Assembly: GCA_965197905.1 (NCBI GenBank)
Contig: CBDAOB010000003.1
Coordinates: 832,001 to 896,000, forward strand
Source of the DNA: Candidatus Latescibacterota bacterium
GTDB lineage: Bacteria; Latescibacterota; UBA2968; UBA8231
Reading direction: 5' to 3'
DNA length: 64,000 nucleotides
Shown here piece by piece: positions 58,032 to 64,000 of the stretch. The notes beneath the pieces are model-generated. The model was not told the DNA's origin and ran no database searches. It saw nothing but the letters and a program-made list of their open reading frames with translations. Made by a program: the position numbers and the translations under genes. Each line of letters starts with the position of its first letter. The stretch's first letter is position 1.

Positions 58032-58309
58032 TTCCCGTCCCCTGGAGATTGTTCACCAACCTTGTAGACCGACTTGATCTGGTAGGTCACCGTGTCCCGT
58101 TCGACATTGAAATAACGCCGGCAGCCGGAGCTGTGGTTCCACTGTTCCAGGTGCCGACCGCGACTATTGCGGCGGTAGAACAAATAGTCGGCCCACTCTT
58201 CGTCCGAGAGGGTCGCCGGTTTCGCTGGCCGGGTGATGTGGGCTTCCCCCGAATAGGTGAATTCGGATTCGTCGCGGGCGCCGCAGAAGGGGCATTCAAT
58301 CAGGAGCAC
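58028..58309 (-). CDS. soxD: Sarcosine oxidase subunit delta
   Basis: CPFCGARDESEF, WNHSSGC and RDTVT. Confidence 0.97.
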   Translation of the reverse strand: MLLIECPFCGARDESEFTYSGEAHITRPAKPATLSDEEWADYLFYRRNSRGRHLEQWNHSSGCRRYFNVERDTVTYQIKSVYKVGEQSPGDGK

Positions 58310-58321
58310 GAAATCACTTCC

Positions 58322-59572
58322 CTAATGAGCGACGCCGGCTGCACCGTGCTCGTCGATAAGGTGGCCAGTTGTGAAACGTTCCAGGGCGAACGGTTCGTTG
58401 AGAGGATGGGGTTTGTCATGGGCAATGGTGTGGGCGAACACCCAGCCGGACCCCGGAGTCGACTTTAATCCACCGGTGCCCCAGCCACAGTTGAAGTAGA
58501 GCCCTTTCAACGGCGTTGGGCCTATGATAGGGCAGGCGTCGGGGCAGGTGTCGACGGTGCCGCCCCATTGTCTGAGCATGCGCACCCTGCTGAAGGTAGG
58601 GAACATCTCGAGAATGGCACTGATGGCATGTTCCAGCGTCGCGGGACTTCCGCGCTGGGCATATCCGTTGTAGGAGTCGACGCCGGCGCCACACAGCAGC
58701 TCTCCGCGGTCAGTCTGGCTGAGGTACGCGTGCACCGCGTTCGACATGATAACCACATCGAGAACCGGTTTGATCGGCTCAGAAACCCATGCTTGTAGAG
58801 GCCGGCTTTCCAACGGGAGGCGAAGATCGGCCATGGAGGCGAGCACGCCGGAGTTTCCCGCCGTGACGCACCCGATCTTGTTGCTGCCAATAAATCCGCG
58901 ATTGGTTTCGATTCCGGTGACGGTTCCGTTTTGCCGACGAAAGCCGGTTACCTCGCAATTCTGGATGATGTCGATACCAAGCGCATCGGCAGCGCGGGCG
59001 AATCCCCACGCGAGGGCGTCGTGGCGCGCGGTGCCGCCTCTACGTTGGAGTGACGCGCCGAGAATCGGATACCGCGCCGAAGGCGAGATGTCGATGGCTG
59101 GCACCATTTCCTTGATCTGTTCGGCGGTGACGAATTCGCTGTCGATACCGTTGAGGTTGTTGGCGTTCACCCGCCGCCGGATATCGCGGATATCCTGCAG
59201 ATTGTGACCCAGGCTGAGCAGTCCGCGCTGACTGAACATCAGATTGAAGTTCAGATCCTGAGTGAGGCCCTCCCACAGCTTGAGGGAGAATTCGTAGAGG
59301 TGGGCTGACTCGTCCCAGAGGTAGTTGGAGCGCACGATCTCGGTATTGCGTCCGGTGTTACCACCTCCCACGAAACTCTTCTCTACCACCGCTACATTGG
59401 TTATCTGGTGCACACTTGCCAGGTAGTAGGCGGTGGCGAGGCCGTGACCACCGCCGCCCACGATTATTACGTCGTAGGATGATTTGGGTTCGGCACTGCG
59501 CCAGGCTCGCTGCCAGTTTTCGTGCCAGCTGAATGCGTTTCGGGCGAGGGAGAGAAAGGAGTATTTCTGCAT
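58322..59572 (-). CDS. soxB: Sarcosine oxidase subunit beta
   Basis: GGGGHGLATAYYLA, GNTGRNT, ARHDA, GWGTGG and C-terminal IDEHGAAGVAH; start MQKYSF. Confidence 0.97.
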   Translation of the reverse strand: MQKYSFLSLARNAFSWHENWQRAWRSAEPKSSYDVIIVGGGGHGLATAYYLASVHQITNVAVVEKSFVGGGNTGRNTEIVRSNYLWDESAHLYEFSLKLWEGLTQDLNFNLMFSQRGLLSLGHNLQDIRDIRRRVNANNLNGIDSEFVTAEQIKEMVPAIDISPSARYPILGASLQRRGGTARHDALAWGFARAADALGIDIIQNCEVTGFRRQNGTVTGIETNRGFIGSNKIGCVTAGNSGVLASMADLRLPLESRPLQAWVSEPIKPVLDVVIMSNAVHAYLSQTDRGELLCGAGVDSYNGYAQRGSPATLEHAISAILEMFPTFSRVRMLRQWGGTVDTCPDACPIIGPTPLKGLYFNCGWGTGGLKSTPGSGWVFAHTIAHDKPHPLNEPFALERFTTGHLIDEHGAAGVAH

Positions 59573-59678
59573 GCGAGAAGCTGTCGGCCGCGGTTTGGTG
59601 TAGTCCGCGAAAACATGGCGTATACTATAGGCCACGGTCGGTATCTGATCCAGCACCCAGAGCGTCAAGGAGGATGAA

Positions 59679-60605
59679 ATGCAGTTTAGACAGTTGGGAA
59701 AGGACGGTCCTCGAATCCCGGTGATCGGTCTCGGCGCCTGGCCTCTCGGGGACGGCATGGGCAACCTGGACGAAAAGGCGATTGTCGACACGGTTCGCAC
59801 TGCGATCGACAGCGGCGTGACCCTGATCGACACCGCCCAGCTCTACCGCAGCAGCGAGGGTCGATTGGGCAAGGCCTTAAGAGACGGATATCGCCAACGC
59901 TGCTTTCTGGCCACCAAGGCCAGCGACGACTATTCGCGGCAGGGCATCATCGCCGCCATGGAGAGCAGCCTCACCCAACTTGGCGTGGATTGCGTCGATC
60001 TCTACCAGATACACGGATGGGATCCCAAGTATCCGATTGACCAGAGCATGGAGACCATGGCTCGACTCCAGGAGGAGGGCAAAACCCGCTACATCGGAGT
60101 TTCAAATTTCACCGCAGAACAGATGCAGCAGGCCGCTGAGACGGCGTCGTTTCACTCCAGCCAGCCGCGTTACAATATTATCGATCGACAGATTGAAGCG
60201 GAGGACATTCCGTTTTGCGAGCGGGCCGGCATCGGAATCCTGGGCCACAGTCCGCTGGCCAAAGGGTTGCTCAGCGGACGTTACAAACCGGACGACACGT
60301 TTTCTGAGGATGACGAACGTTTCGAGCGCCCGCGTTTCAAAGGCGAGGCGTTTGCCCGCTTTCTAGCCGTGGCCGCCGGGTGCAAGGAGGTTGCCGATGC
60401 CAAGGGCATCACGCCGGTGCAGCTGGCCATCGCCTGGATCCTGAGATTACCGGCAATAACCTGTGTGCTGGTCGGTGCCAAGAATCCGGGTCAGGTGAAG
60501 GATCATCTGGGGGCGGTAGGAGTGGAGTTCAGCGACGAAGAGCTAAACCATATCGATGCTGCGCGCGCGATATTGCCAGCGGAAACGCTGAATCAGTATC
60601 CGTGA
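59679..60605 (+). CDS. Aldo/keto reductase
   Basis: IGLGAW, IDTAQLY, LATK, DLYQIH, IGVSNF and SPLAKGLL; RBS AAGGAGG. Confidence 0.93.
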   Translation: MQFRQLGKDGPRIPVIGLGAWPLGDGMGNLDEKAIVDTVRTAIDSGVTLIDTAQLYRSSEGRLGKALRDGYRQRCFLATKASDDYSRQGIIAAMESSLTQLGVDCVDLYQIHGWDPKYPIDQSMETMARLQEEGKTRYIGVSNFTAEQMQQAAETASFHSSQPRYNIIDRQIEAEDIPFCERAGIGILGHSPLAKGLLSGRYKPDDTFSEDDERFERPRFKGEAFARFLAVAAGCKEVADAKGITPVQLAIAWILRLPAITCVLVGAKNPGQVKDHLGAVGVEFSDEELNHIDAARAILPAETLNQYP

Positions 60606-60638
60606 TGCGGGATTCTGCGATGGCGACGCGATAGGTTC

Positions 60639-61301
60639 TCAAATGGCAGCCAGCGCTTCTTCTAGCGAAACCTCGCGAAACGACTGAGCGGGAAGGCCAT
60701 CCAAGGCTAGCGCGTCTTCCCAAAAGGTCCGTCGCTCTGGGCTCTCCGACAGCTCGACTGATCCCAGAACCTTTCGCACCCAGTCACTTAACTCCGGTTT
60801 CTCACAGGTTATCGTCAAATCCGGATCTACAACCACCCCGGAAGTCGAGTAGAGGTAACAGCGGTGGATATTGCGCCGAGCGCTTTCGAGACCAACCGGT
60901 TCGATGGTCACCTCGCCTGTGCGGTCTTCGGGTACGAGCAGAATGTTCACAGCACGGTCGGTTACGGCGGCGGCCCTTTCGTCCTGACTACCGCTGATGA
61001 ACACGTTCTTATGGTGAGGCCACACATCGAACATACCGTAGTTGGCGACCGGCTGTTGCAGCTGAAACGTGAAGAAGTCGGGATAGGCGAAGAACTCCAC
61101 CTCCCTTTCGCGATACCTGTCGTAAAACGCGGTGACGTAGGCCATGATCAAGGTGGCTGCCCCGATGACACTGAAGCGATCAGGAGAGAGTACGCCCAGT
61201 CGTTCCGTGCTTCGAAAGTCGGTAAAGTATTCGGCGTGGGGCAGCTGTTTGCCCCCGTAGTTGAGGCTGAAATCAGTGCCCCTTAGGAAGCTGCTGTGCA
61301 T
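60639..61301 (-). CDS. Hypothetical protein
   Basis: Globular-looking ORF starting MHSSFLRGTDF with motifs VTAFYD, YPDFF and DVWPHHK; fills the gap between two plus-strand genes. Confidence 0.6.
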   Translation of the reverse strand: MHSSFLRGTDFSLNYGGKQLPHAEYFTDFRSTERLGVLSPDRFSVIGAATLIMAYVTAFYDRYREREVEFFAYPDFFTFQLQQPVANYGMFDVWPHHKNVFISGSQDERAAAVTDRAVNILLVPEDRTGEVTIEPVGLESARRNIHRCYLYSTSGVVVDPDLTITCEKPELSDWVRKVLGSVELSESPERRTFWEDALALDGLPAQSFREVSLEEALAAI

Positions 61302-61510
61302 TTGGACATCGCTTTCGGAAGGAGAAACCTGCGCATGGTGAATCCATGTCAGATAATAACCAGAGGAAGTGGCGATGGCCACTATTCAGTCGCCTTTGCT
61401 CACCCGAATCGAGGTCCGCATCCACCGTCCGGTGCTGGATGCCCTCCTCGTATTTCCTATACTCTGTTCCTTCGCAATTTCTCGGCGCTAAATATTGCTC
61501 GGAGGTCTCC

Positions 61511-62521
61511 ATGTCCTGGCCCATCGAACACTTTCACTACATGCCCGGCTCATCCAGCTTTATCGAGATGATGCCTGGGGCCATGAAGGCAATGACCCAA
61601 TGCGCTGGACTACAACCGGGTGAGAACGTGACCATCGCCTGCGACACCAATAAGATGCGGTTGGCCGAAGCCCTGGCGGCAGCCGCGTACGCCGCCGGCG
61701 GCATTCCAACGATTGCCGCTTTCCCCCCAACCGGGGCCCACGGTGCCCAGGTACCGGCGCCGGTGGTAGGGGCATGCGCCCGCTGCGACGTCTTCTTCCT
61801 TCCCACGAGCTGGTCGATGACCCACACCGATGCGCGCACTGAAGCGACCAAGAACGGAGCGCGCGGTGCCACCATGTGCGAGGTGACAGAAGACTGCCTG
61901 TGCACCGGTGGAATTCTCGGAGATTACGAAGAGAACGATCGGCGAGGTCGCCGGCTCGGCGCCGTTATGGCCACCGGTAAGACGATTCGTATGACGTCGA
62001 CAGGTGGAACGGATCTATCGGGCAAAATCGAGGATCGTCCCGTCCAGTACGAAACCGGCCTGTTCCGTGAGCCGGGACAGTTTGGCGCGTTGCCCAACAG
62101 CGAGCTCAACATCTCGCCCTTCGAAGGAACTACCGAGGGCGTAATCGTCGGCAACGTGCGCCTCATGGGATTCGGCATCCTGCGTGAGGAATCGATTACC
62201 GTCGAAGTGGAAAAAGGGGTTGTGACGTGGGCGACGGGAGGGGCGGCGGCGGATTACCTGAACACCACACTGAAATCGTTCGGCGACGATTCCGCCTACA
62301 ATCTCGCCGAGTTCGGTTTGGGTCTCAATCCCGCCAGTCGTGCTTACGCCACCAACCTGGAAGATCTGGGTAAACTCGGTTTCGGCCACCACGGCATTGG
62401 CAGTAACTATGCTATTGGCGGCAGTGTCAAAGCGCCGTGCCACATCGACGTCATTTACTCGGATGCGACCGTGGAGATCGACGGCAAGGTTATTCTGGAC
62501 CGGGGTGTGACAACGGTTTAG
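61511..62521 (+). CDS. Peptidase M29 (aminopeptidase T)-like metalloprotein
   Basis: SMTHT, GTDL, LPNSE, AEFGLGLNP, HHGIGSN and PCHID; RBS GGAGG. Confidence 0.8.
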   Translation: MSWPIEHFHYMPGSSSFIEMMPGAMKAMTQCAGLQPGENVTIACDTNKMRLAEALAAAAYAAGGIPTIAAFPPTGAHGAQVPAPVVGACARCDVFFLPTSWSMTHTDARTEATKNGARGATMCEVTEDCLCTGGILGDYEENDRRGRRLGAVMATGKTIRMTSTGGTDLSGKIEDRPVQYETGLFREPGQFGALPNSELNISPFEGTTEGVIVGNVRLMGFGILREESITVEVEKGVVTWATGGAAADYLNTTLKSFGDDSAYNLAEFGLGLNPASRAYATNLEDLGKLGFGHHGIGSNYAIGGSVKAPCHIDVIYSDATVEIDGKVILDRGVTTV

Positions 62522-62556
62522 ACGGTATCCTCTAGGAGTATTCAGGAGATCTTCAT

Positions 62557-63447
62557 ATGGCAAGAGTTGGACTCATCGGCGCTGGCGACATGGGTCTGGA
62601 AATGGCAAAAAACCTGCTAAGCGCGAGTCACGAGCTGTCGGTTTATGATCCCCGCACCGAACCGCTTAAGGAGCTCGAGAAGCAGGGCGCGAGGATCGCC
62701 ACGTCGCCGCGAGACGTTGGAGAGCAGTCGGCCTACGTGTTTCTCATGGTGTTGACGGGAGAACAGGCCCTGGACGCTACCACAGGCAAGGACGGATTGT
62801 TCGAAGGTTTTCAAGCGGATAGCACAGTCATCTGCACGGCGACCATCGGGCAGCCGATCATGGCGGAGATCGCCGTGGCGGCAAAGGCGCGGGACGTTCA
62901 CGTGCTCGATTCGCCGGTGAGTGGCAGCACTCCAAGGGCAAAAGAAGGTACACTGACCCTGATGCCCTCCGGTGAGAAGCAGATTTTTGAGCGATGTCTG
63001 CCGATTCTGGAGGCTGTCGGCAAGGATATCATCTACGTGGGGCCGGAGCCGGGTTTGGGACAGACGGCGAAAACCGCGCTGCAGGTCCTGGTGGGAGCCA
63101 CCTTTGCCGGGGCATGCGAAGCGCTTGTGCTCGGGGTCAAGGCCGGCATAGAGGCCGAATCGTTGTCTCAAGTCCTCTGCCCCAGCATTGCCGGCAGCTT
63201 GCTAGTGGAGATCGTGACCGAAAACGTCATGAAGCGAAACTTCACGGCCGGCAGCAAGATCGCCACGACCTACAAGGATCTGGGACTGGCCAACGATCTG
63301 GCCAAGGAGCTGGGTGTTCCGATGTTCGTCACCGGAGCCGTGCACGAGCTGTTCCAGGCGGGTATCGCCATGAATCCGGATGAAGACAACCACACCATCA
63401 TCAAGCTTCTGGAACAGGTGGCAGGGGTCGAAGTGAAGGGCCGTTGA
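62557..63447 (+). CDS. NAD(P)-dependent beta-hydroxyacid dehydrogenase (3-hydroxyisobutyrate/tartronate semialdehyde reductase family)
   Basis: GLIGAGDMG, LDSPVSG, GQTAK and KDLGLA. Confidence 0.9.
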   Translation: MARVGLIGAGDMGLEMAKNLLSASHELSVYDPRTEPLKELEKQGARIATSPRDVGEQSAYVFLMVLTGEQALDATTGKDGLFEGFQADSTVICTATIGQPIMAEIAVAAKARDVHVLDSPVSGSTPRAKEGTLTLMPSGEKQIFERCLPILEAVGKDIIYVGPEPGLGQTAKTALQVLVGATFAGACEALVLGVKAGIEAESLSQVLCPSIAGSLLVEIVTENVMKRNFTAGSKIATTYKDLGLANDLAKELGVPMFVTGAVHELFQAGIAMNPDEDNHTIIKLLEQVAGVEVKGR

Positions 63448-63580
63448 ACTCGACCAGATTCCCTAGCAGCCGGTTTCTTCACCGAGGAGCGGCTGGCAGG
63501 CTGCCGCGAGAATCCCTCAACCGTACACAACCGAGCAAGTCTTTTCGACATTGGCAGTTGAACTTCACTGGGAGATCGAG

Positions 63581-64000
63581 ATGAGCAGGATCCAGGTATT
63601 AATGGCCGCGCTGACTTTGTTGCTGGTGCAAACGGCGGGAGCGTTGGATGGCCGACGCCAGGGTTTCTTCTACCAGGTCGGTATTGGCGGCGGAACGACA
63701 TCTGCCGATCAGGAGTGGACCGTTCTGGACACGGACTTCGAACTGGACGACAGCGCCGGCGGTATAGCGTTCGATCTCAAAATCGGTTATGGGATTACCA
63801 GCAAACTCTTGCTCTCATACTCGATAAACGTGGGAAGCGCAGACCTTGAAACCATCGATGGGCAGATAACCGGATTTTCCAAGAGCAAAGAAACGGCGTC
63901 GTTTGGGGCAGGGGGAGTTGGCTTAACCTACTTCGTTAAGGATGCCGCACCTTCGCTGTTCGTCGATTTGGCGATAGGTGTTTCCACCTGGGATGATGGA
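63581..64000 (+). CDS. Partial outer-membrane beta-barrel protein (not in the ORF track; runs off the right edge)
   Basis: Translated by hand: MSRIQVLMAALTLLLVQTAGA-LDGRRQGFFYQVGIGGG...FDLKIGYG...GVGLTYF...FVDLAIG; signal peptide and RBS GGAG. Confidence 0.75.
   Translation, partial: MSRIQVLMAALTLLLVQTAGALDGRRQGFFYQVGIGGGTTSADQEWTVLDTDFELDDSAGGIAFDLKIGYGITSKLLLSYSINVGSADLETIDGQITGFSKSKETASFGAGGVGLTYFVKDAAPSLFVDLAIGVSTWDDG

Noticed and set aside
54386..59572. Sulfur-oxidation sox genes
   Set aside because: Name clash only; the motifs are those of heterotetrameric sarcosine oxidase.

Overview
GC-rich bacterial window of about 50 tightly packed, mostly catabolic genes. No rRNA, tRNA, CRISPR array, transposase or phage gene is recognisable, and no DNA-binding regulator was found. 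The gene content suggests an FCB-group organism such as Latescibacterota (inference): a FlgD-Ig/T9SS-type C-terminal domain, a DUF6785/6784-like membrane protein, and expanded beta-propeller, PhyH and GHL10-like TIM-barrel families. Firm calls are soxBDAG, galM, a GH29 fucosidase, phoD, a TonB-dependent receptor, a CocE/NonD hydrolase, MATE/MFS/DMT transporters and a symporter fused to a solute-binding domain. The best candidates for something undescribed are: (i) a co-oriented 42.5-50 kb module of a large Asp-rich outer-membrane protein, a variant PIG-L deacetylase, a cytoplasmic propeller hydrolase and a polytopic transporter, which looks like a glycan/solute utilisation locus without SusC/D; (ii) a PhyH-type Fe/2OG enzyme with an HxG (halogenase-like) motif instead of HxD; (iii) five signal-less propeller hydrolases in two subfamilies. 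Two frameshifts, a perfect 36-bp duplication and an abrupt gene truncation may be sequencing or assembly artefacts. All family assignments come from motif recognition by eye; no database search was run.
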